The notes beneath the pieces are model-generated. The model worked only from the letters and a program-made list of their open reading frames with translations. It made no database searches and was not told where the DNA came from. A stretch of DNA of 64,000 nt from contig OZ025792.1 in the NCBI GenBank assembly GCA_964019425.1, positions 186,001 to 250,000 of the forward strand, written 5' to 3'. The position numbers and the translations under genes were made by a program. Shown in pieces: positions 11,908 to 23,900 of this stretch. Each line of letters starts with the position of its first letter. Position 1 is the stretch's first letter. This stretch comes from Flectonema sp. DT1601. Its lineage: Eukaryota.

Positions 11908-14070
11908 TTATTTGTCAAATCGTGGAGATCCAACCTTCTGGTGCTGGCAAGCAGTCTCGTACCAATCGCAAGTTTGCATAAGTTCATCGTGTGTTCCAGA
12001 TGCTGATACTTGTCCGTCGGTATTGAAAACAAAAACTATATCGCATTCACGAAGGAAGCTGAGTCGATGTGCGACGTTTATGATTGTTGACTTGCCGCGA
12101 AGAGTATTCAAATAAGTTCGAATAGCGTCTTCAGATGACGGGTCTAAATGGGCAGAAATCTCATCGAGGAGAAGTACTTTTGGTGAAGCCAGTAACGCTC
12201 TGGCGAATAACAATCGGGAAAACTGACCCGATGACAATTCAACACCTCCCCATCCCAACTTGGCTCCCAACCCGACTTCATTAACGTCTTTGAGTGCATT
12301 TACGATATCTAAAACCCTTCGTACCTCTTCCTTACTGCTGTCAGGTTTTGCCAACCTCACATTTTCTAAGATGGTGGTGTCTAAAATTTCAGATTCCTCA
12401 CAAACTACTGACATGAGTTCCTTCCTCAGCTGACTTAATTCAATGTTTTTTATGTCGATACCTTCGATAAAAATTGAACCGCTGTCAGTATCGTAAAGGC
12501 GAGTCAGCAACTTTAAGAAGGTACTCTTTCCACAACCAGAAGGACCAACGATTCCAACGTGACTTCCAAAGGGAATATCGAGAGAGATGTTGTTGAGAAT
12601 TTTTTTTTCATTAAACGAAAACGATATATTTTTGACACTCAGACTCGGAGTACAATTCTGCGGAAGTCGGACACGAGACGAATCACCATTGTCAATCGTC
12701 GGGACATACTGTCGTAATGTCTCTATGCAGGCAGCAGATGCCCAAAAAGATCTGTTTTTATAAAGTTCAGCAGATCTATATAGTTGCATGAATTCCGGGG
12801 CGGTGGTCATCACCTCTTTGAGCATTTGTTTGTTCCCAAATCGCTTGGCGATAGTAAAGAATAGGTCTTGGATAAATAGTTGAGAAGCTCCTTCAGTCAT
12901 AAAAGTGTGATAAAGAGAAGGGGTAGTGTCTATCCACTCTACGTTCTGTGCAGATTTCCCAACTTCTAAATCTCTACCATGAATTCTGTAAGTTAGTAAT
13001 TTTGAGTAAAACTCATGTAATGCCGGGATCTCTCCTGAACGTTGTTCGTAACTCACACTGTGTCTAGATATAATTTGTTTTCTAGTGATCACACCAGATG
13101 CGATTTCTAACATTAAAGCAACTGCTGTGGCAGCCACTGACGTTAGGACGTCATGTTCACCTCCGAAATGTGAAATAATTGTACCGACCCGAGTGACATT
13201 CAAGATTATAGATTGTAAATCACCAAACGAATCATGAATTATGTTGATGTTGTATGCGGTACTCGAAGCAGTATTTTGTATATCAATTCTCTGCAATAGT
13301 TTTAAATCAGCAATGATGAATGTTGTCATCAGCGATCGATTCTCTTCTGTGTGTTGTATCCGCAATCTCTCATTCATAACACCGTTGAGATACGAGATAG
13401 CAACAGCTGAAAGGGATAAACCAGTCACTTTAAGAAACGACATTATATCGTCTTTAATTAAATCAGGATGGGCATCGTGCAAGTCGAGCCTGCTGGAAGC
13501 TGCAGCTGATTTCACGTATCCACTGATAATCGATGATATCAAAGAAAGAGCACGCCCACCTGATTTACTTGTTATCTCTTTAAAGAATGCGGAGTACCCA
13601 AAACGACGTTGTTTTGACATCCAATTATTGAATTCTTTTAAGGATTCCGTAGTTAGGATTTCAGAAAGCAACTTTCCCTTAGTAGTATTGAGCATATCTG
13701 GCATGAGAGAGCATCCATGAATGACTCTACCTAATCTGACTACGGTATTCACAAACAGTTCATCCGTAGTGCCTATCTTGTCAGATTTCAATATTTCCGT
13801 TATTTCCTTTGCCAGGATATCCTTCGCAATACCAGCAACCATATCAATCTTGTCTTGTGGTAGTCTACCTTCTACTGCGGTTCCCAGAATTCTTGTTGCT
13901 CTGTATATTGATTTATTGTGTCTTAACAGATAGCTTTCGATTTCTCGAAGTGCATCATCGCTGGGTTCACCTTTCGATAATTTCAAATGTTTTTTCTTAG
14001 AAGAAAAACAACAGTAGGCGACAGTTGCAACAGCAGTAAGGGTAACAGCTGCTGGAGCTTGAGGATGCAT
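11908..14070 (-). CDS. ABC transporter-like protein (ABCB-type nucleotide-binding domain, divergent membrane region)
   Basis: Walker A GPSGCGKST, signature LSSGQ, Walker B LLLDE, H-loop AHRL; hydrophobic N-terminus. Confidence 0.85.
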   Translation of the reverse strand: MHPQAPAAVTLTAVATVAYCCFSSKKKHLKLSKGEPSDDALREIESYLLRHNKSIYRATRILGTAVEGRLPQDKIDMVAGIAKDILAKEITEILKSDKIGTTDELFVNTVVRLGRVIHGCSLMPDMLNTTKGKLLSEILTTESLKEFNNWMSKQRRFGYSAFFKEITSKSGGRALSLISSIISGYVKSAAASSRLDLHDAHPDLIKDDIMSFLKVTGLSLSAVAISYLNGVMNERLRIQHTEENRSLMTTFIIADLKLLQRIDIQNTASSTAYNINIIHDSFGDLQSIILNVTRVGTIISHFGGEHDVLTSVAATAVALMLEIASGVITRKQIISRHSVSYEQRSGEIPALHEFYSKLLTYRIHGRDLEVGKSAQNVEWIDTTPSLYHTFMTEGASQLFIQDLFFTIAKRFGNKQMLKEVMTTAPEFMQLYRSAELYKNRSFWASAACIETLRQYVPTIDNGDSSRVRLPQNCTPSLSVKNISFSFNEKKILNNISLDIPFGSHVGIVGPSGCGKSTFLKLLTRLYDTDSGSIFIEGIDIKNIELSQLRKELMSVVCEESEILDTTILENVRLAKPDSSKEEVRRVLDIVNALKDVNEVGLGAKLGWGGVELSSGQFSRLLFARALLASPKVLLLDEISAHLDPSSEDAIRTYLNTLRGKSTIINVAHRLSFLRECDIVFVFNTDGQVSASGTHDELMQTCDWYETACQHQKVGSPRFDK

Positions 14071-15957
14071 TTTTTTTTTTTTTTTTTTTCTCTTTGTGAT
14101 AATCTGAAAGAAACAATGAGAACATATTTTGATTCTTCAAAAAAAAAAAAAAAAAAAAAAAAAAATCGTAGATAAAAGTTGTCAAGTTTTTGTTTTTTTG
14201 TTTTCAGTAGTTGCTAATAAAACAAAAAATACTACAACAGCAACAGTAACAAATCAACTGATAAACACATCAGTGGTATCGTGATAAGTACAAAAAAAAT
14301 TCATTTATTTTAAAATGATGAAATCTCGAGTAGCATGTTTAGATAGAAACGTACCGGAAATCATGTTTCTGATTTGAGTAACCAACGAACTGTCTGAATG
14401 CAGATCGTGTGACTTTTTCCCATTCCTTTTTTTTTTTTTTTGCTTAAGTGAACGAAACGAATCGTCTGTACAAAATAAACGGAGAGATTTTTTTTTTTTT
14501 TTGTAACTAAATTGTTCAAAAAAAAAAAATAAATAAATAAGAAAAAAAGAGAAGAAAAAAAACGGAATCCATATAACCCGAGGCATTCTGCTATCGCGGC
14601 GCTATTTTTGCTTTTGAGGAAAAAAAAAAATGGGGAACGAGAGCGGCACAAAAAGGGTAAACTAATTCCACACACAAGAGTTTTTCGAAATCCCAGATTC
14701 CAACCTATCGATCTCAGTGGAACTTTTGCAATGGCCTCTTGACAAGGGGTAACCTTTTGGGAGGAACAGCGCTATTAATAATTCAAGGACTTAAAAAAGA
14801 GCTTGCATGACCCTGACACTCGGTCAGAAACGGGTGTGTCTCCTTCAATGTGTAGAATTCTGTTTGTACGACGCGTAGGTTCTGCACCTGACGGGATTTT
14901 GAAAAAAGATTGTGCGGAAGGCCAAACATACAAATATTACACATTTCACAAAAGTGTTTTATGCACAAACAAAAACAGCAACAACAACGAAAAAAAAAAA
15001 AAAAAGAAATGAAGAAAAACGTGAGTTTAGATACTAATGAGGTTGTACCCGAAAGCAATGTTTCGGGGGGTTCTCTTAGAAAAAAAAAAGAAGAAAAAAG
15101 TAGTAAATCGACAACATAGATTGCGTCTCATGGCTGACAGACACATCAGGTTAATGTTCACAACACGATTTCAACCACCGCTACCTCTTTCTATGTTTAC
15201 CGCACTTATAAAATAGAATAATTCCAAAATAAAACCAGTCAGAATAACCTTATATCATCAGAACACAGGCAGTATCCTGTCGCACGAGGGAAAATAAAAG
15301 CATAATAACTACTCTATGGCCATAAGAAAATAAACGGCTTTTCAAATCTGAATAATGTTTCTTCTCCGACCACATCGATACAAAAAAAAAAAAAAAGAAT
15401 TGGCTTTAACTTCAACTATACAGAAAATAATGATATAACAACTGTGATTTTTTGTTTGTGCACGAAACCGTGAACCGACTTAAACTGATAAAGCTAAAGG
15501 AGGTTTACGTGTGCTGCCAACATTCTTTTTCGTTCTTACAATACTTGTTAAATGCAAAAAAAAAAATACCAGAATGCAGATAGGGTTTAATAAACTAACA
15601 GCGCAGTTTACTGTACAACAAATAATTTATTTAAAAACGAAGCAAATTTTTCTTTTGATATTTATAAAAAGAACTTTTTTTTTTTTTTTTTTTTTTTTAT
15701 CGTTTTATTGTATGAAAATTTATTCTTCTTTCATCAACCCATAATAAGCAAGGGGAACAATCTGTTCATAGAATCACTACCGTGCTATCCAAACACAAAG
15801 TATTATCTGCAATCGTACCTTTATTATTATTATTTTTTTTTTTTCCCCCCTCAAGACAGTCTCATCCATTATTCAGATACATCACGGAAGAAGATTTCCA
15901 ACACCGTAACACGTCTCACAGTGAGATCAATTAGTGTCCAATACTTTAATAAAATAC

Positions 15958-16994
15958 TTACAACTCCATCTCCATCTCCTCATTAAATCCATTAGCACGA
16001 AAGAATTCCATTAATTCTGGATAACCATCAGGAGTGAACTTCCACTGATCACCAGAAACTGTTGTTGATTTGATTAGTGTTTATAGATAACATTTTTGAA
16101 AATAATAAATAATAATAAAACAACAAACAAACCATCATGATGTTCATCAGCGTTAACAATTGAGGTCGGAATGTGCATTTTTGACGCCCAGTCGCGGTAT
16201 TCCCGAGTTTTAAATTTCCGTAAGTAATCAGGAAAGATGGTTGGCGGTGATCCTCCTGGGGCTTTTCCAGGAGAAGCAATAAAAGAAATCCAAACATAGA
16301 TTCTAGCTTTTGGATTAGTGCTGGGTCCACCTCTGTGGATGATGGTTGAGTCTAACACTAAAGTCTCACCAATGTTTAAATTAGCATATGTTGGGTACAT
16401 ATTATCATCCTGTAGCAGTGCTTCTTCACAAACCTTTGGACAATATTTATTGTGAGCTTCCCGACTGTGAGTTCCATTCCAGATTTCAGTTGGTCCCATG
16501 TCAATTGACACATCCTGAAGTGCTACTAAGAATGAGACCATTTTCGATGATCCAGGAATCTCAAAGTCAAAGTCTGCATGAATTCTTTGTCTCGTAGCTC
16601 CATCATAGTTCACAAGCAGCGCTAATTCAAACAGTTTCGATTCGCTTCCAATCATTTTAGTTATGACGTTATGAAATTTATCCATAAAAGTGTGCATGAA
16701 TGGAACAACATGCCTCAGTAACGGAACTTGAACATTGTAATGGGTAGTAAGTTGTTTCGGTACACCAATACTTGCAAAGTTATACATATCATCCAGTAAC
16801 TTATCATCGAATATATTCTCAACTCTGACGATCCCATCTCTCCTTGTCTTTTCAATTATTTGACTATCAGTCAATTTCTCAACTTGTGGAAGACTCTTGT
16901 AATTTGATTCATCGAATTTTTGTTCAGCTGCAGCACCAACGCCAATCACGCTGAAGAGTAAGAGTCCCGAAATTGTTTTGAATAATTCGTTCAT
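15958..16994 (-). CDS. PhyH-like 2OG-Fe(II) dioxygenase with signal peptide; 2 exons (16994-16133, 16058-15958)
   Basis: IHADFD (HxD), ALQDV..DMGPT, IIHRGG (distal His), hydrophobic N-terminus. A phase-1 intron at 16132-16059 gives a C-terminus ending EMEL. Confidence 0.85.
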
Positions 16995-17594
16995 TATTAT
17001 TATTTGGTGAGAGAGAGGTCTAAAACAGTTGAAATGGTAATTCACGACATGAAATTAAACAAAAAAAAAAAAAGATTTACACACAAGTCTCTTTACTAAA
17101 ACGTGTAATGTGAAATCCTGTAGAGTGAGGAACATGTTAGTTTATTCAATTTCCCGCTCCTCTTTTTTTTTTTTCTCCTCAATCTGCAAATTGAACAAAA
17201 GAACAAAAAGAAAAAAAGAAAAAAGGAAACTAGCTAGCAAACATGAAAATGTTCGAAGTTAGTTTTCGAGTACAAAAGAAGATGTAAAGCAGACTCCTAT
17301 TTGAAGGGCTAAAAAACAGAAAATGGCAAAAAAAGTGCGCATATAAAGCACAGCGCATAGGGTAGGAAAATATTGTTATTCAAAAAAAATAGGCATATGG
17401 CTGTAGTTCGCACATATTAGACGACAAGTAACATTTAATGAAGGTACGTAATGAGACTCGCAAAGAGCAGATCGTAAACTTGATAGGACAGAGATAGTCA
17501 GATTCTGCCCAACAGGCTAAAATCTGACCAAAATAATCTACACAGATAAGATATGTTAAAGACACTTTCGACAGTCGAAGAATCACATAATTCC

Positions 17595-20236
17595 TCACGT
17601 GAGGGCTGCGGTTATGTGAACCGTCGCTCTCCTCTTCATATTCGTTGCACGTGAATTCCGATATCCATTCCTGTCAAAGCGGGGAGGGGTTTTAATGGTT
17701 CCTAACATAGTATTCAAATCTGATGCATCTTCTGGTTGAATTTTATTCTTCGGAGGAGACGGAAAATGTTCTACAGGTTTATCGAAAGGAACTGTCTGCC
17801 TTAAGACTATCCAACACTTCCTAGAACCTTGTGGTTCGTGGTAATTTGATATGCGACTTTCTCCAATTTGTCGCTTGTCATCAAAATGAAAAGGGGCATC
17901 GATGCCTTCTGGCAGTCCCGGAATCGGATGCAATGTTGGTGGAATGATCAGCTGTGTTTATGTATTGAGAATATACTTATTAAGACAATAATAAAAGAAC
18001 ATACCCCGTGTTTGTTAAACCTTCGTTGAAGAGTTAGTGAAAGAGGCAGATATTCATGTTCTGTAATTCTTTTTCTCGTCTGTGTGAACATTCTATCATA
18101 GTGTTGATGAGTATCGAGTAGTTGAATGAGGTTATCCTTTTCAATGTACCAGACATCACAACCAACAACAGCCTGAACTGGGAACAGCCAACGATGAAAA
18201 GCCAACAGAGTGATTCCAAATACGTCTCCGCTTTTTATTATCGGAGGCCGTTTTGTTAAATAATGTTGTACTTTAGCTCTACCACATTCCAACACAAATA
18301 ACTTATCACAGCTGTCAACTGCGGACAAGACTGGATTCTGAGGCAAAACCGCCAGAGGAATGAGCTGCTTTGATATTTCAGTTAACAACGCAGTGCTACA
18401 GCTTTCTGTAATGATTGTTCCTTTCAACGCATCTATGCATCTGTTTATTCTTATTGATGAGTTTGCGTACTTTCTTTGATAAGCCAATCTGCTCTTTGCT
18501 GATTCTCGATAAAGAGCCTTCTTTATGGAGTTGAATTTCAAAGCGTCTTCCAAGGAATTAAAAGGAAGCACCCACATATCACAATGATGAATTGCTCTTG
18601 TATGTATTCTTCCAATGCCACACCCAAATATGAAGGACATTTCTCCAAAAGTGCTGTTAGATGCTGGAGTATGAACAACTTTATCTCCGTGTTCGTTTAT
18701 AGACTCAGCTTGACCCCTACACAGGAAGAATATGCCGCGTGTTTTTGTCCCAGACACGCAAATAGAATTGCCTGCTCGAACACACAATGGTTGTAAGCTG
18801 GGCAACAACACTTCTCGTTCGTGATCATCCAGGGTATCAAGTAGTGGTGAAGATCGTAAGTCGTTTACTGTCCTGGGCATGAAACCAACTATATTGCATT
18901 GTCTTCGTTTGAACGCTCTGTTGTAAATCTGCTCTTGTTGCTTTGCTGACAACAATTCCAATTCTCGAATGAATATCGCTCTGGGAACAGTCCAGCAGGT
19001 AGTGTCTTCATCAAGAATGACACTTGCTGTTCGAGGTTCGTCAGTCAACAAGGCGAAGTCGCCCAATAATTTCGGTGCTTGTATTCTTGCCAGCACTTCA
19101 CTGTTCATCATGCCTTTGGCTCCAGACTTGGTCTTCTCCCCACAAACTATCTTTTTTGTGACCACCACTCTGCCAGTAAGAAGAAGCCAAATACCACTTC
19201 CGCCAACTTCACCTTCGTGAAGGATGACGTCACCAGCTTGTAAGGCAATTGGAATCGATTCTTGTGCGAGTACTTGTAACCTCTCGATAGGCCATGTTAC
19301 AAGTATTTCACTTGTCTTTAATAAATCAACAAGCATCGACAGCTTATCGTGTTGAATATCAGTTAGTTCTTTCCTCTTCTTTTGCTTACTATTGCACAGC
19401 ATCACTCTCGGAATCCACAGCAAGCTCAACTGCATGGCTGCGTACCTGCGCACTTCCTCCTGAACCTCATTTGGTATTCCTCTCATAAGCGCAGATCCAG
19501 TTTTGAACTGCTTGTTTTTCATAATATCGTAGGCACTCTGTTTTATATATTACTTACATTGGAAGAAAGAGCTATTCGTTTTTTCCCGTCCCCCTAAGTA
19601 AAATAATATGAAACACACAAAGATAAGGATTCAGTAGACGAGGATGGTTGTATTGAGATAGGACTTGTAATCGCATCATTTTAACTTCGTAATTCACATT
19701 ATCAGATTTAAAATGGTACGGACATCAAGAAATACGATTCAACAACGTCAAAGTTCGCAAGCAACGGTCAAGAAGCGAGTAAACTTAGTGAACCGATGTC
19801 AGAAATGACACACCAGTAGTAGTATCGATGCTAAACTAACATCATGTAGATATCGCAGAGCACATTTTATAAATCTCTTTGTTTGCTCGCATTTAAACAG
19901 AAGCTTCGTAAGGATCTACATCGCGCAGAATTACTTCAGAATACCCAAAACCACAAGTTGATATCTATTCTGTTTAACATGAACACACGAGAGAGTATGG
20001 TAGTCTTGGATCCGATTGGGAAAGCATGAGTTCCGCGTTACAATGCACACACAATATAATACTAGGACACGAGAGGGAATTAAGGGTTTACTTGTGCACA
20101 ATATAATATTAAAAATAGACATTCAACACACCTGTTCGTTTAGGATCATCGGTGTTCGAGATACTTTCTTTACTCGACTGAATTTTGATGATAAATGTTT
20201 ACCTCCCTTTTGATCACCTCCGAGGGTTTCGACCAT
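17595..20236 (-). CDS. Protein with about 3 cyclic-nucleotide-binding domains; exons 20236-20132 (tentative), 19507-18005, 17951-17595
   Basis: GDVILHEGE, LGDFALLTDEPRTASV, TFGEMSF, GDVFG motifs. 53-bp in-frame intron at 18004-17952. Exon 1 is phase-compatible but less certain. Confidence 0.8.
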
Positions 20237-20940
20237 CGTTACGGAATCGTATTCTAACCACCAGATTGATTATGTTATCATTTTATATAACTGATTTGAG
20301 AAATAATAGTTCATTAGATAGTAATTAGTTAGTATTAATAATTATCAGTCAATCAAAAAAAAGGCAAAAATTCGTAGGACAACAAACAAGTTGGTTTCGG
20401 GCTAAAATTAAAAACAATCTTTCTTCGGACCATTCCCCTTACCCAGCCCTCTTCAGCGAAGAAAGCACGGGGGACACTGCGGTGTCAGGCCTGTCCTACT
20501 TCGTTTATATAACTGATTTGAGAAATAATAGTTCACTAGATAATAAATAGTTCTTTTATTAATTAGATTAATTTAAAAAATAATCAAATCAAAAAATTCG
20601 TAGCCTCCTCAGCGAAGAAAGTAAAGGGAGACGCTGCCTCTATTTATTTTCGTGTTTAATAAAAACCTTTTAAATGAAAATACAACATAAGATAACTAAT
20701 AAGTGTTACACTAACACAGCGATACCAATACGTTACAAAGTAGCAGTTGAAAATAATCAGAGTCCCATGTGCATCCATCTCACTAAATCATTTTATGTAA
20801 TGAATATCTGTGTAAACAACACAAGAGGTGGTATATTTCCGACTCTACGAGGCACGAGATACACGGCGAGTGTAGTAACAGTGTAACTGAACAGAAAATA
20901 TTAAATTGCAACCTTGGCAGGAGCTGGGGGAGGTTTCAAG

Positions 20941-23900
20941 TTACAGGTGGGCTGCTGATGACTTTGTCTTTGGCCGTTTACCTGATTGTCCACATTGTGG
21001 ACATAATTTATAAGAACATTGAGTGCAGTAACTCATTCGCGTGCAGCACTTGACTCGCTCTCCACATGTGAAGCACGTTTCGAATTGTGTGTAAGCTTTT
21101 CGAGTTTTCAGGGGATGCCCTTTTGGGCACTGAGTCATTAGACTAAGTCCGAGTAAGGTATCCATATCCGATACCCATTTTGGTGTTGTTCCTCTGAGAG
21201 ACGTCAGTGTCTTGCGTGGAGGTTGAACCCAAAGAGAACTGTCTGAAAGACATCCTTCTTTATTAACTATTCGAACACTAACAGATCGATGAACATCTTC
21301 TAAGTGTTGACCAACAATACTCGCTCCACAACTACATCGTTCTCTTGGAGCTACTTGTTTAACATTGTGTTGAGGCTTTACGTCTGAATCAACTTGTTTT
21401 GGAAATGATCTGATGAAGTCGATATCACGGAGATCTTTGGTGGGTTCTGTCTTCTCAACTGGCCGCTTTCGGATTTGAGGTAGTCTTTGTTGCTTGATTC
21501 CAACTAGTTTCTCCTCGTTATCTTTTCTATAAAATGGTACTACGGGTTTGTATATAATTCCGGTCTTCTTCCACTCTGAGAAGAATGGTGAAATATCAAT
21601 TGATAATTGAACTGGTACTTTAATATCACCATCTTCATTCTGTTTAATTGACAAGTCTTCCATCTTCTTTCGCAAAGTCGTCCACGAGAATGTTTTTAGC
21701 AACGCTGTCGGCGTATGAGAAACCCAAGGCTCTTCATCTGGTTTATCCTTCTCCAAAGATTCTGTTTCTTTGTCTGGAGGTTGTTCTCTGACTAATGGAA
21801 AATGCCAATTAATATCCGTATCATCATAATCATTTGTTGGTAGTCTACCGTGATATTCAATTCTTAATGAGTATGCTCTGAGAGTAGCTTGGTGAGTGTA
21901 TGTATCAAAGTCAGCTATAATGATAGCTCCTGGATTCTCATTCAGAGAAACAAATGTAATTTGAGAACACGGAGTGAGGACCGTTCTGAAGAAAGTTCCT
22001 CCGCCTTCGTATGAACTTTCATTCATTTCAAGAATTGGTATTCCGATTGGAACAGTCTTTGGGAATGGTCGTAGTTCTTGCGGAGCTGTATTAGTATTTG
22101 TTAGGTATCCTTGATCAGTTAGGTATTCCACACACCACTTTGCAGTCTTTCTTTCAGAAGGTTCGACAACAAGTAAATTTGATACAATACTACCCAGAGC
22201 AACATCTAAAGTCATAGCATGAGCAATCTTACTACTTAAGTAGTTATCAATATCAGCCGTTGGTGAATTCAAGATCTCTACAATGTTATCACAAGTAGCA
22301 GTTTCTGGAAACACTCTACTCTGAGTAAGACACTCAAGTATAATTATACCAAAACACCACATATCATAGAAACTTGTCGCTGGGAGGCTTTCTCCTCTTG
22401 TTCTCTTTCTCGCCATTTCAGGAGGACAGTAGCCTGGGGTAAATCGAAGAGGAAGTAGATTTCCTAGTTTGCAAGATGTATCGAGGTCGATTATCTTCCA
22501 CGCCTCTCCAAACTCAACAACGTTCTTTGGTTTGATATCACAATGAGCGTAACCAACTGAATGGATTTCATGAAGTCCATTGTTGAGACCTTCAACCATT
22601 GACCGAAGGTTTTCTGCTGTGAGTTCTGAATGAAAAATTGCATCCCAGAGAGTTCGACCTCCGCATTCAAACACTAAATGAGCTGTGCCTAGTGGTAAGG
22701 GATCAGTCCAGAACTCGAATAGTCGGGTAACACTTTCAGATCCATACTTTAGCAAAGCTTGACATAATTCAACTTCTGTTTGGTATTCTTGGAGATCAGT
22801 CACAGTCTTCAGTGCAACTCGTTTATTGAGTCGAAGATCAACACCCAAATGGACTTCATTGCTGGACCCTCTGACAGTCTTTTCAATAATGTATCGCTTT
22901 CTGTAAAGTGTTTGGTTGTCAGGTACCGAGACGAGATTCCAATTAGCGTCCTTGTGTATCTCAAAAAAAGAACAGGCCAACCACGTAAAGCTAATCGTTT
23001 TTACTCTTTTATGATCAGTAGCAATAATTGCGAGTTCTGTTTCGTTAAACCCGAGAGACGTTGCAACAAATGGAACGAGTTCTGTGTGTTCGTCTGTTTG
23101 CTTTTCATCCACTTGCGATACCAAGTCTAGTGTTAGCTTTAACATTAGAGCTACATTGACACCGTTATAAATATATAATATCCCTTTTTTACAACAGCTT
23201 AGAAGGCAATTTCGATTATCTAAAGTACAGCATGCAGTTACTTTTGAGTTAAGCTTTCCATAGAAAAGAGGTTCTTCAAGGTGCTTCATATCCCAAGCCT
23301 CAAGACATAGTTGGGATGAGTCATCGTTGTGCTCACCAAAGAGATACACAATTCCATTTCCAATTGAGTAGCAGGAAAGGTAGACTTGCCAGTCTGGTTT
23401 TGAAGTACCTCCTGTTAAAGCTTGGTGTCGTAGGATGGGTCTTTCATTGGAGATTCTCAGGTGATTTATAACTGAAATCTGACCTTTTTGAGAAACAATC
23501 ATCAAGTGTTTTGACTCTGTACGTTGTGATGTTATTCGACGTCTGTCACTATCAGTCGCCTTCTTCAATCGATAAATGGCTCTCACTCCCGAACTAGATG
23601 ATGTTCGAAACGTTCCCAAGACTGCTCCAGTATCAGTACTTGTAATCTTTATCCTTCCATCTTCATTCCCAACGGCTACTCTTGCGCAGTCATTATCGCA
23701 CCAACAAAGTCCTGTTTTTTTTTTAATTGAATTGAAATAACCAAATGCGGTGACAACATTCAAAAAAAAAAAAAAAAAAACTAAAAATAGATTAGCGCAG
23801 ATATTCTCACTATTCTCGCACAAAATAACTCCCACTCAGTACACAAATTGAGAACTGGTGGGGTGCAGTTGCGCTGTGAAGGATGCTGGACAGTATCGCT

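Noticed and set aside
14071..15957. Short Lys/Phe-rich ORFs here and at 43500-46000
   Set aside because: Produced by poly-A and poly-T runs in probable UTR or intergenic DNA.
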